From Bacteroidota bacterium (GTDB lineage Bacteria; Bacteroidota; Rhodothermia; Rhodothermales; UBA10348), in assembly GCA_022567305.1 (NCBI GenBank), contig JADFHF010000002.1, positions 103,762-167,761 on the forward strand: a stretch of DNA of 64,000 bases. Reading direction: 5' to 3'. Each line of letters starts with the position of its first letter. Positions within the stretch are counted from its first letter, which is position 1. The translations under genes and the position numbers were made by a program. Of the stretch, positions 28,199 to 37,643 are shown piece after piece. Below the pieces are notes generated by a model. That model did not search any database and was not told the DNA's origin. It saw nothing but the letters and a program-made list of their open reading frames with translations.

Positions 28199-30121
28199 AT
28201 GAATTCGACGGCTAGACTCATAACATGGGTGCGAATCTGGATTCCTTTTGTCCTGGGGATTCTGCGGGTCGACGACGGATACGCCCAAGCGGTAAGCGAG
28301 CACATGCAATATGAGCATCCAGCTCGCACCGTGACGCACGACATTTCTCTTCTGCAGAACACCTCAATCGCACGCGTTGCCGTAGTTCATTCAAGCCAGA
28401 CCATTGCTCGCGTAGCTGATGGCGAACGCCTGGTCAACCAAGCTGTGTTCCATTGGGAGCTGTTCTTATCCGGTCTTCAGATTCCATATGTGGTATTGGA
28501 CGATGCAGACCTGGACCGGTCAATACCCCGAAAATTACTCGTTCTCGTACTACCGGCAGTCGAGTCGATCTCAGAGAAGCAACAGGCACATATTCTAGAT
28601 TTTGTGCGGAGTGGAGGGGGGATCATCGCGTCAGGGAGAACCGGTCTGTACGATGAAAACGGCTGGCGTGGGAAGGGTAAATTTCTGAGAACGATATTTG
28701 GAGTGGAGTACCTGGAGTCGTTACCGGCTCAGCCGTTCGGAATCTTCCAGACGATCGAAAATCGTTCATCCTTGTCTGCAGGAATTCCTCCAGGGTTCTG
28801 GTTGAATCTGGCCCCTCGGATGCCAACGTCTGCTGTCCAGGCTGGGTCTGCAAAATCTTTGGGTTCAGTCAAGACATACGAGGCGGATGATCAGACTTAT
28901 TTTGACGATCTGACGATGATGGTAATGGGATCGCATGGTCATGGGCGATTCGTCTGGACAGGATTTCTGCCACAAGACATCGCACGGAAACGGTCGCAGC
29001 AGGAAAACTACCAGCGCCTCATGATCAATGCGTTGGCCCACGTTTCCGGATCGCCAACTGTTTTGGTTGCCCGGTGGCCTGGAGGGAGAGGAATGGCACT
29101 AACGATCGCGGCTTTACCGTCACCTGGATTCGATGGACGAACATACCTCGCGAACATGGGTCATTTATTAACCCTTATCGAGGAAGCACGCGTCCCGGCG
29201 AGTTTCTACTTCGCTTCGGACGAAATTACGACATTTCCGGGCCTGTATCGTCGCGCCATTGAGTCGGGTTCGGAAATTGGTTTGACGGCTGACAGCGACG
29301 ACCTGTTGATTGACTCGACGGTAACAAACCAGACTGATCGCCTGTCAAGCGCCGCCCGATCCCTCCGCCTGAGCCGGGCCCACGGGGTGTATCCTCCTGG
29401 CGGGTTTCTGGACGGAAATACCATTCGCGCCCTGGATAACGTGGGTGCAGCATATGTGGTTGGAACGGATGCGCGAACCAGTGTGCCCGGTATTCTGGAT
29501 TGGTGGGAATTCGTGGACTTTCATGATTCGTTTCAATCTGGTTCCGCGGAAACGGATGAAATAATGCATTTTTCGGAAGCAGATATGAGAATGGATGAGG
29601 AATCAGGATCGAAAAGTAAAATGGGCGGGCATCTGTCAATCTCCACGATCCCACTCGCCACTTCCTTCGGAATTGACTTCGAAGCCGCGTACGACCATGT
29701 CAAGGAAAGCGGTGGTCATCTTGTCCTTCCATTCTACCCGGAACAGTTTGGACGATATTCGAGAGCCAGCGATAACTTGCGAAGAACGCTCGAAAAAGCG
29801 TTGAGGGATAATACGTGGATAACGACGGCATCAGATGCGTTGATCTGGTGGCGGACCAGAGCAAAATTAAACCCGATTCTGGTTTCGTCGGGCCAGAACG
29901 AACTCCACATCATTCTTGAAAATTCGCTGGATCACTCAATCCATGATGTTGTGCTGGAGGTCTATCTGCATCGAAGCATCCCGTCGTCCATTCGCGTCTC
30001 GTCGCCCGCGCGCTTACTGCGTACCGTTGATCCTGCCGAAGACGCCGCTGATTCCATCCGAATTCATATTCCTGACGTCAAATCAGGAAGAAACCGGATC
30101 GAAATATCCTGGCAGCGTTAG
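28199..30121 (+). CDS. secreted paralogue of the preceding gene (GH42M/GATase1-like plus degenerate CE4-like)
   Basis: Signal peptide MNSTARLITWVRIWIPFVLGIL...AQA. LLVLVLPAVESISEKQQAHILDFVRSGGGIIASGRTGLYDENGWRGKGKFLRTIFGV aligns to the upstream gene, as do ARWPGGRGMALTIAAL and WITTASDALIWWRTR. The start is taken at the second Met (28199) rather than 28145. Confidence 0.45.
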   Translation: MNSTARLITWVRIWIPFVLGILRVDDGYAQAVSEHMQYEHPARTVTHDISLLQNTSIARVAVVHSSQTIARVADGERLVNQAVFHWELFLSGLQIPYVVLDDADLDRSIPRKLLVLVLPAVESISEKQQAHILDFVRSGGGIIASGRTGLYDENGWRGKGKFLRTIFGVEYLESLPAQPFGIFQTIENRSSLSAGIPPGFWLNLAPRMPTSAVQAGSAKSLGSVKTYEADDQTYFDDLTMMVMGSHGHGRFVWTGFLPQDIARKRSQQENYQRLMINALAHVSGSPTVLVARWPGGRGMALTIAALPSPGFDGRTYLANMGHLLTLIEEARVPASFYFASDEITTFPGLYRRAIESGSEIGLTADSDDLLIDSTVTNQTDRLSSAARSLRLSRAHGVYPPGGFLDGNTIRALDNVGAAYVVGTDARTSVPGILDWWEFVDFHDSFQSGSAETDEIMHFSEADMRMDEESGSKSKMGGHLSISTIPLATSFGIDFEAAYDHVKESGGHLVLPFYPEQFGRYSRASDNLRRTLEKALRDNTWITTASDALIWWRTRAKLNPILVSSGQNELHIILENSLDHSIHDVVLEVYLHRSIPSSIRVSSPARLLRTVDPAEDAADSIRIHIPDVKSGRNRIEISWQR

Positions 30122-30885
30122 CGAAAAGGTTTGTCTTTGTCGAGCATCGCCATCGGATCATCGGTACCCATCGGGCCGTGGCGATACAGAAACGGTTCAC
30201 CGTACTGAGCCCCGACGCGGTACCCGTACGATATGGCTCTCGCTTCGACCAGCTTCATGAATCCCGGATTCGACACAAAGGTCTCCGGCTCGTTAGACGA
30301 GCTCTCGTAGTCGGGATTGTGAAACTGAGATCCGAATGCAGCCAGCGCCTTCAGTCGCCGTTCCCAGACGCTACTCACATCAACGACGATTGTAGGGATG
30401 AATTCGATGGACTGCATAAAGTGCAGGACATGGGCCGGGCGCCATGGTTTGAGAGCCTGCCCGTCATCTTCTTCCAGTTTGATTCGCGTCAGTCCCGAAA
30501 AGAATACCGCCTCGGTGATCAGCCTCGTGGCATTTCCGTGATCCGGATGACGACATTCCGGTGCGGTAATCAGAAGCATTTTAGGACGATACCGGCGCAA
30601 TACCCGGATCACCTTTTCCCGGTTTTCGGAGGAGTTCTTGATATTTCCATCAGGTATCCCCAGGTTTTCTCTTACCGCGATCCCCAGAATTTTAGAAGAT
30701 GCTGCGGCTTCCTGCTCACGAATCTCAGCCGTACCCCTGGATCCCAGCTCGCCTCTGGTCAGGTCGGCGATCCCGACCTGGTACCCCTTATCGACAAGCA
30801 CGCAGACGGTGCCGCCGGCAGACAATTCAACGTCGTCCGGATGGGCGCCAATGGCGAGGACATCTAATGTACTAGAGTCGGGCAA
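30118..30885 (-). CDS. bshB1: PIG-L/LmbE family deacetylase, bacillithiol biosynthesis deacetylase BshB1-like
   Basis: AHPDDVELSAGGT and the HPDH zinc-site motifs of the LmbE family, in a 255-aa ORF. bshC lies two genes away. Confidence 0.75.
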   Translation of the reverse strand: MPDSSTLDVLAIGAHPDDVELSAGGTVCVLVDKGYQVGIADLTRGELGSRGTAEIREQEAAASSKILGIAVRENLGIPDGNIKNSSENREKVIRVLRRYRPKMLLITAPECRHPDHGNATRLITEAVFFSGLTRIKLEEDDGQALKPWRPAHVLHFMQSIEFIPTIVVDVSSVWERRLKALAAFGSQFHNPDYESSSNEPETFVSNPGFMKLVEARAISYGYRVGAQYGEPFLYRHGPMGTDDPMAMLDKDKPFR

Positions 30886-30926
30886 TGTGATCGAGTCCGG
30901 TAATGGGATTTTTCAGAGCGGCGGCG

Positions 30927-33653
30927 TCATTCGCCGACGACCAGGTTTACAATTCGCCCCGGCACGTAAATTTCGCGTTTAATCTCTTTTCCATCCAGAA
31001 ACCTTGCAACGTTCTCGTTAGATTTGGCGATGGCTACCACATCCGCCTCGGTGGCCGAAGGAGATATTTGAATAGAGGCCCGAACCCTCCCGTTGACTTG
31101 AACGGCGATAGTTACCGTGTCCTCCACCAAAAATCGTTCATCGGCGGTTGGCCAGGGTTCGTAGGCCAGCGACTCCTCATGACCCAGTTTACTCCACAAT
31201 TCCTCGGACACATGCGGGGCCAGGGGCGCAAGTAGAAGAATAAAGACCTCAGCTACCGTCCTGGGGATCGTATTGAGCGCCACCAAAAGTGGCATGAATT
31301 CGATGAGAGCGGCAATGGCGGTGTTGAAGCTCATCCGTTCATAATCATCGGTCACGCGCTGAATCGTCTTGTGAAGGGCCCTCTCGAGCTCGTCAGAGGG
31401 AGCATCAGTACTGATCAAAAGAGACCCATCCTCGCCTACAAAATTTCTCCAGACCCGGCGCAGAAAACGGTTCACACCAATGATATCCCTCGTACTCCAC
31501 GGTTTGGAAGCATCGAGCGGTCCCATATACATCTCGTAGAGCCGCAGGGTATCGCAACCATATTCATCGTTGATTTCATCGGGGCTAACCGCATTTTTCA
31601 GGCTCTTTCCCATCTTTCCGTATTCCTGGGAAACCGGTTGACCGTTACAGGTGAACAATCGGTTCGGTTGGTCCTGAACCTCGACGGCCGGATGGCCGTC
31701 CTGGTCGACGACGTCGGTGGCTTCTACGGCCAGGCCGCGTTCATCGCGGTAGACTGGGGCCAGGATGTACCCCTGGTTGAACAACTTTCCAAACGGCTCT
31801 TTCGTGGATACATGCCCCAGATCCATCAAAACCTTATGCCAGAATCGAGCATACAGCAGATGCAGGACCGCGTGTTCCACGCCTCCGATGTAAAGATCAA
31901 TGCCAGACGGAGACATCCAGTATGCCTCTTTTTCCGGCGCGACGAGCTGATCGGCGTTTTTATTGTCGATAAATCGGAGGTAGTACCAACATGACCCCGC
32001 CCACTGCGGCATCGTATTCAGTTCGCGTTCGTATCGAACTCCATCGAGCTCAACATAACGCCACGATTCAGGAGCCCGACTCAACGGAGGTCTTGGTGGA
32101 GCGTCCGGGTCATCCGACACAGCGGGACGGAAATCGTCCATTTCCGGAAGTTCGACCGGCAAGTCCGTTTCCGGTACCGTGCGGATCGAGCCGTCGGGGC
32201 CGTAAAGGATCGGAAAGGGTTCGCCCCAATACCGTTGCCGACTGAAAAGCCAGTCACGCAATTTATATATAGTGGTCCCTTCTCCGCTGCCGGTTTCTTC
32301 AAGCCAGGCGATGGCGGCCTTTTTGGCCTCATCGATCTCCAGTCCGTCGAGAAAACCGGAATTGATCACTCGACCTTCTCCGAGAAATGCTTTTCCTGCG
32401 AAATCATTCGGAGGCTGGACGGTCCGAATAATCGGTAGGTCAAATACTTCTGCAAACTCCCAGTCGCGCTCATCTTGACCGGGGACGGCCATGATGGCAC
32501 CGGTACCGTATCCCATCAGGACATAGTCTGCAATCCAGACGGGAATCGATTCTGAATGGGCCGGATTAATGACGAATCCCCCGGTGGGTACACCGGTTTT
32601 CTGCTTGGATTCGGTCATTCGGTCGATTTCTGTGCGTCGTTCTGATTCCGTCCGGTATCTGTTCACGACATCGCGATTCTCGTCTGTCGTCAAAACGTCA
32701 ACAAGCGGATGCTCAGGTGCCAACACCATGTACGTGGCCCCAAAGAGAGTATCGGGCCGTGTCGTGAAAACGCGGATTTTTTCATCCGAGTCGGGAATCG
32801 AGAAATCGATATAGGCACCTTGGCTTCTTCCGACCCAATTGCGCTGCATCAGCTTGATGGGTTCCGGCCAATCAACGTCTTCCAGGTCCTTGTCCAGGCG
32901 ATCCGCATAAGCGGTGATCCGAAGCATCCATTGTCTGAGTGCCCGCTTATACACAGGGTGATTCCCACGTTCGCTCCGACCCTCATGGGTCACTTCCTCG
33001 TTGGCCAAAACGGTCCCTAGCGCGGGGCACCAATTGACCGGAACGTCAGCGATATAGGCAAGTCGATGATCAGACAAGACCGCTTCCTTTTCCGCATCGG
33101 ATTTGCTCGACCAATCCGGATCAGATTCAGTAAGCTGATCGATCAGATGCTGAATTGGACGCGCACTCGTTTCGTCCTGATCGTAATAACTGTTATACAG
33201 CTTGAGGAAAATCCACTGCGTCCAACGATAGTAGTCAACATCGGTCGTAGAAAACTGTCGGTCCCAATCGTAGCTGAGCCCGATCGACTTCAGCTGATTC
33301 ATCATCGTGTCAATGTTCTTCTCGGTTGTGATCCGAGGATGGACACCATGTTCAACTGCAAATTGTTCAGCTGGCAAACCGAACGCATCGAAACCCATCG
33401 GATGAAGCACGTTGTAGCCCCGCGCCCTTTTGTAGCGTGCAAGGATATCGGTCGCGATATATCCGAGAGGATGGCCGACATGAAGACCCACGCCACTTGG
33501 ATATGGAAACATATCGAGAACATAGAACTTGGGCTTGGACGTATCGACCTCAACCGGCGTTCTAAAGGTCTTAGAGCTCTCCCAGAACTGCTGCCACTTT
33601 CGTTCTATTTCCTTGAAGGGGTAATCGGACATCACGGGAAATCGTGAATTCAA
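30927..33653 (-). CDS. leuS: leucine--tRNA ligase
   Basis: 908 aa. The HIGH-region variant reads PYPSGVGLHVGH and the KMSKS motif reads KMGKSLKN, with a typical LeuRS editing insertion. Confidence 0.97.
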   Translation of the reverse strand: MNSRFPVMSDYPFKEIERKWQQFWESSKTFRTPVEVDTSKPKFYVLDMFPYPSGVGLHVGHPLGYIATDILARYKRARGYNVLHPMGFDAFGLPAEQFAVEHGVHPRITTEKNIDTMMNQLKSIGLSYDWDRQFSTTDVDYYRWTQWIFLKLYNSYYDQDETSARPIQHLIDQLTESDPDWSSKSDAEKEAVLSDHRLAYIADVPVNWCPALGTVLANEEVTHEGRSERGNHPVYKRALRQWMLRITAYADRLDKDLEDVDWPEPIKLMQRNWVGRSQGAYIDFSIPDSDEKIRVFTTRPDTLFGATYMVLAPEHPLVDVLTTDENRDVVNRYRTESERRTEIDRMTESKQKTGVPTGGFVINPAHSESIPVWIADYVLMGYGTGAIMAVPGQDERDWEFAEVFDLPIIRTVQPPNDFAGKAFLGEGRVINSGFLDGLEIDEAKKAAIAWLEETGSGEGTTIYKLRDWLFSRQRYWGEPFPILYGPDGSIRTVPETDLPVELPEMDDFRPAVSDDPDAPPRPPLSRAPESWRYVELDGVRYERELNTMPQWAGSCWYYLRFIDNKNADQLVAPEKEAYWMSPSGIDLYIGGVEHAVLHLLYARFWHKVLMDLGHVSTKEPFGKLFNQGYILAPVYRDERGLAVEATDVVDQDGHPAVEVQDQPNRLFTCNGQPVSQEYGKMGKSLKNAVSPDEINDEYGCDTLRLYEMYMGPLDASKPWSTRDIIGVNRFLRRVWRNFVGEDGSLLISTDAPSDELERALHKTIQRVTDDYERMSFNTAIAALIEFMPLLVALNTIPRTVAEVFILLLAPLAPHVSEELWSKLGHEESLAYEPWPTADERFLVEDTVTIAVQVNGRVRASIQISPSATEADVVAIAKSNENVARFLDGKEIKREIYVPGRIVNLVVGE

Positions 33654-33659
33654 GGGTTT

Positions 33660-35324
33660 TTAAAGCGATAAAACCTGGTGAGATGTCGTATCAAGCTCTA
33701 TTTCACTCATGAGACGAGTCACCAGGTCTGTACCGTATTTGCTCATAAAATATAGAGGCGAAATACATCGTTCCTGCAGAATATTTTCAGGAAACAAACT
33801 GGTTCGGGTTCTCGTGAGCTGGTTGTGCGTCTGATCGTGTCGCCGTTTTTCAGCCTTCACTACTCGATCCTTCAATTTACCCCACTCTTTCAAAAGCGCC
33901 GTTCGCGTTGCCTCACCCGTTTTCTTCAACGAGGCGTCAACGGCTTCTATTGCCGGACTCACGGTGTTCACGGCATCGTGAATGTGTTGACCAGCACGTT
34001 CGAAAATGGCCTCCGCGTCGATATCCATGGCGTCAACGACAATGGCATGGAAAATTTTCTCTTGATCCTGTTCGAAGGAAGGGATTGAAAGAGAATACCG
34101 ATCCAATACTTTGGCGATACCCGGCTCTACGAGCGATACACTCGCCCGCGGATAGATGATCGGCATGGGTACGCCCGCCCATTCGTAGATCGATCGGAAT
34201 TGTGCGTAATAGGCGATTTCTCCCGGGCCGGCGACATAGGCCGCTGTGGGCAGAATCGAGTCCTGAACAATCGGTCTCATGACCACATTCGGGCTGAACG
34301 ACTCGGGGTTTTCATCCACCATCGAGAGCAATTCATCTTGTGAATAGCTGATGTCAGTGCCCTTCAATCGGAATTCGTTTCCGTCCGCGACGAGAGAATG
34401 TCTACCCGTATCGGTGATCAAGAAAAGGTTGGTTGGTGACGACTGAACCTGCGCATGATAGCTCTTTTCCAGCTTGTTACTGGTCTCCTTAAGAAGGGCT
34501 GCGGTTTTAGAATACTCTTTTAGTTCCTTCCTGAATAATGGCTGTGCGAGCTTTTTCAGTCGCGGATCGTCACCCGAAACGAATACCAGACCTTCATCTT
34601 CGAAGAGAGGACCCAAGATTTTGGCGAAGGCGATCAGGAAGGTGGTACCAGGTGTGTACGCTTCTTGCACCGTCTTCATAATGGCGTCATGGAATTCGGT
34701 ACCGGGCAGCAATTCGTCCAGTTGATCGACGGCCTCCTCTATACTCTGGTCAAAAGCGATTCTTCCGACCGGCGTTGGATTTGTGTTTGCATCGTTGGAC
34801 GCGTACGTAATTCGTTGGACCCCGTCTCGTCCCTGAATCGCAACCGACGCCACTTCTTCGAAGTCATGATCCTCGCCTTCCAGCCAGAACACCGGTACGG
34901 TCGGGCGTCCAGACTCTTTTTCGATCTGACGAGCCAACTGCACGGTCGTCAACGCCTTGTACAGCGTGTACATCGGTCCGGTAAATAGACCCAGTTGTTG
35001 TCCTGTTACAACAGCGACTGCTTCTGCGCCCGCTAGTCGATCAATATTGCGAAGCGTAGCCGGACCAGCTCCATACGAATTGTTTTGATCAGCCAGCACA
35101 CTTGCAAGTTCTTTCCGGTGATCGAATTGATCACTTACCTGCTTCGCGATTTGACCGCGTTGTCGTGGATCCCTGAAATCACCAGTAAAGTATCCGGAGA
35201 CCGAATCGAAATCCCCTGCATACGTCGTGAACAATCTGGAAAACGACTTGAAGTCTGAATAGGGTAGACGGTCGAGCGTCATTTTTCCAGAGGGGTTTCG
35301 GAGGTGGGGAAAAGCCGCAGACAA
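33660..35324 (-). CDS. bshC: bacillithiol biosynthesis cysteine-adding enzyme BshC
   Basis: 554 aa. AVVTGQQLGLFTGPMYTLYKALTTVQLARQIEKESGRPTVPVFWLEGEDHDFEEV matches the conserved BshC/YllA core (GGQQ.GL.TGPLYT..K......A........P.FW..GEDHD). Confidence 0.85.
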   Translation of the reverse strand: MSAAFPHLRNPSGKMTLDRLPYSDFKSFSRLFTTYAGDFDSVSGYFTGDFRDPRQRGQIAKQVSDQFDHRKELASVLADQNNSYGAGPATLRNIDRLAGAEAVAVVTGQQLGLFTGPMYTLYKALTTVQLARQIEKESGRPTVPVFWLEGEDHDFEEVASVAIQGRDGVQRITYASNDANTNPTPVGRIAFDQSIEEAVDQLDELLPGTEFHDAIMKTVQEAYTPGTTFLIAFAKILGPLFEDEGLVFVSGDDPRLKKLAQPLFRKELKEYSKTAALLKETSNKLEKSYHAQVQSSPTNLFLITDTGRHSLVADGNEFRLKGTDISYSQDELLSMVDENPESFSPNVVMRPIVQDSILPTAAYVAGPGEIAYYAQFRSIYEWAGVPMPIIYPRASVSLVEPGIAKVLDRYSLSIPSFEQDQEKIFHAIVVDAMDIDAEAIFERAGQHIHDAVNTVSPAIEAVDASLKKTGEATRTALLKEWGKLKDRVVKAEKRRHDQTHNQLTRTRTSLFPENILQERCISPLYFMSKYGTDLVTRLMSEIELDTTSHQVLSL

Positions 35325-35339
35325 GCACTTAAGGACGGG

Positions 35340-35933
35340 CTAATTCTGGCTTCCAATCATTTTATTGATCTCGTCTCGCAAGGAAGCGGCCCTCTCATAA
35401 TTTTCTTCAGAAATAGCCTTGGCAAGAGCGGCCTGAAGGCGCTCCAGATCGGTTTTTGGCTCGTCCTTCTGTTCTTCAGGTTCTTCTTCCGACGATGACT
35501 CGATCTCTGCCAGTTCATCGGCCTCGTCGATTGGAATTCCGGCCTCTTCCAACACCGCCTCCGAAACGAAGATGGGGGCCCCAACGCGAACGGCGACGGC
35601 GACTGCGTCACTTGGACGAGAGTCAAGGTGTTCGTCCGATCCATTTACCGTGTACCGGATTTTTGCGAAAAACGTACCCTCACGCAATTCGTCAATCACA
35701 ATATCTGTCACTTCCCCGCCGACAGCGTCATATAAATCGCGAATTAAATCATGCGTCATGGGTCGTGGGGGCTGAATTTTTTCTAATTCCAGTGCGATGG
35801 CCTGAGCCTCAAATGCTCCAATAATAATCGGTAGACGCCGACTGCCATCCACTTCGCCGAGGACGAGCGCGTACGCGCCACCGCTCGATGGGCTGGTGGA
35901 GAGTCCGATTATGTCGACTTGAACAAGATCCAT
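35340..35933 (-). CDS. bifunctional nuclease (BFN/DUF151) family protein with a C-terminal UVR motif
   Basis: The N-terminus GGAYALVLGEVDGSRRLPIIIGAFEAQAIALELE is typical of the BFN domain. An acidic linker follows, then the UvrB/C-type motif ENYERAASLRDEI. Confidence 0.8.
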   Translation of the reverse strand: MDLVQVDIIGLSTSPSSGGAYALVLGEVDGSRRLPIIIGAFEAQAIALELEKIQPPRPMTHDLIRDLYDAVGGEVTDIVIDELREGTFFAKIRYTVNGSDEHLDSRPSDAVAVAVRVGAPIFVSEAVLEEAGIPIDEADELAEIESSSEEEPEEQKDEPKTDLERLQAALAKAISEENYERAASLRDEINKMIGSQN

Positions 35934-35970
35934 GGGCTACGTTCTAGAGTTTCTCCGGCGGATTCATTCG

Positions 35971-37068
35971 TCAGGCATCCACCTTCAAAACGAGTTTCAA
36001 CGCCGTGATAAATGCCTTGTTCTCAGACTCCGTACCTGATGACACTCGCAGGTAACCATTCAATTCTGGATACGACGAGAGCTTGCGAACGACTACTCCT
36101 TTCTGAGTCAATTTCTCTGCAAGTGTTCCCCCATTCATCTCAGTTCTAAAGAGAACAAAGTTGGTTGTGGAAGGAATCACCGACACGCCCGGTTGGGATT
36201 TTAGTTCGTCGGTCAGATGGGCGGTACCCTGTTTTAACAACTGAACCCGCTCAGCAATGACATCCGGTCTTTTGACCAGCGCGATGGCCGTAATTTCCGA
36301 GAAACGATCCACCATGAAGGGCAATCGAGCTTTCAGGATCTCGGACATCACGCGAGAGTGTCCCAGGAGATAACCAATTCGAATGCCGGCAAGACCGAAG
36401 GCCTTCGAAAACGTTCTCATCACGATAAGATTCGGGTATTTATCCAGGAGCGAAATCGAGCTCGGATTTGGACAGAATTCGTGATAGGCCTCGTCAATGA
36501 CGACAAATCCCGGGGAAGATTTACATAATCGCTCGATCGCATCGAAAGAGACGGACAAACCCGTCGGATTATTGGGCGAGGCAACAATGGTCAATGCAAC
36601 GTTAGGGTCTGATGCTGCTTCTATTATCCGGTCAATATCAAAGTCGAGGCTTTTCAGCGGCGCGATCGGGACTATCTCTCCGCTATGCATGCGGACAACG
36701 GATTCATACAGTGCGAACATGGGGCGGGGAAGCACGACCCGGGTTCCGGTAGAGACGAAGCACAATGCCAGCGTCTGCGTCAGATCATTGGATCCGTTTC
36801 CGACGAGCACACTACCCTCTTGCAGTTTATGGTGCTGTTCCAGCACTGACATCAGCTCGAACGGTTGAGAAGCCGGATAGCGATTGAACGGAATTTGTTC
36901 AAAACGCGTCAGTAATTCCGACTTGATTTCATGAGGCAGATCAAACGGACACTCGTTTTGATTGAGCTTGCAGTCTCTCTCGCCCGTTTCTCCTACCAGA
37001 TACGGCTTCTCAGATCGAATTTCAGATCGAATGAGTTTTACCAATCGTTCCATTGCCAGTACCGGCAT
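35971..37068 (-). CDS. hisC: histidinol-phosphate aminotransferase
   Basis: 365-aa class-II aminotransferase. LNQNECPF is the HisC N-terminal motif, and the PLP lysine lies in MRTFSKAFGLAGIRIGY. Confidence 0.9.
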   Translation of the reverse strand: MPVLAMERLVKLIRSEIRSEKPYLVGETGERDCKLNQNECPFDLPHEIKSELLTRFEQIPFNRYPASQPFELMSVLEQHHKLQEGSVLVGNGSNDLTQTLALCFVSTGTRVVLPRPMFALYESVVRMHSGEIVPIAPLKSLDFDIDRIIEAASDPNVALTIVASPNNPTGLSVSFDAIERLCKSSPGFVVIDEAYHEFCPNPSSISLLDKYPNLIVMRTFSKAFGLAGIRIGYLLGHSRVMSEILKARLPFMVDRFSEITAIALVKRPDVIAERVQLLKQGTAHLTDELKSQPGVSVIPSTTNFVLFRTEMNGGTLAEKLTQKGVVVRKLSSYPELNGYLRVSSGTESENKAFITALKLVLKVDA

Positions 37069-37238
37069 TTTGATTCTCTCGTTTCGACGTCACAGATACT
37101 TCAGGATGTTCGAAAATATCTACGGCCGATGTCGGATAAAACCACGTTGCGAGAATTCCGGATGAGGTGTCTGGTTCATCCAGTGGGAATAGAACACCGC
37201 TCCACGAGAAAATGAATCGGGATGATCGCCCGTGCCGC

Positions 37239-37643
37239 CTATTCCGGCTCCTCGGACTCGTCGTCGGATGCGAGATTCAGTTCCGGTAATCCGCGAAATT
37301 CATATTCGGGTAAACACTCATCTCGAACGAATGTCACGGCCTCGTGCATGGCTGCGACGAATTTTCCAAAGTCTTCCTTGTACAGAAAAATCTTGTGCTT
37401 TTCGTAGCGAGATTCGGTGATCCGTTTGCTCTCGGTGATCGTAAGAAAGTAGTCCTCTCCAGAGCGGGTCGTTTTGATATCGAAGAAGTAGGTTCGTTTT
37501 CCTGCGGGAACACGTTTGGAGAAAACCTCTCCGCGGTACCCTTGTGAATCGCTGCTCTTATTCGAATCATCGTTTTCGGTCCGAGGCTCTTCGGCAGATG
37601 CAACCGCCTCCGATTCTGGGGATTCTTGATCCTGACACATCAT
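37239..37643 (-). CDS. PUR family DNA/RNA-binding protein (DUF3276)
   Basis: GKRTYFFDIKTTRSGEDYFLTITESKRI...KHKIFLYKEDFGKFVAAMHEAV is the DUF3276/PUR repeat signature. The start is taken at MMCQDQ; the ORF stays open to 37718. Confidence 0.8.
   Translation of the reverse strand: MMCQDQESPESEAVASAEEPRTENDDSNKSSDSQGYRGEVFSKRVPAGKRTYFFDIKTTRSGEDYFLTITESKRITESRYEKHKIFLYKEDFGKFVAAMHEAVTFVRDECLPEYEFRGLPELNLASDDESEEPE

Noticed and set aside
30178-30867. 229-aa plus-strand ORF opposite bshB1
   Set aside because: It is the antisense shadow of the LmbE-family gene, which carries clear AHPDD/HPDH motifs. The shadow translation is low-complexity and Arg-rich.
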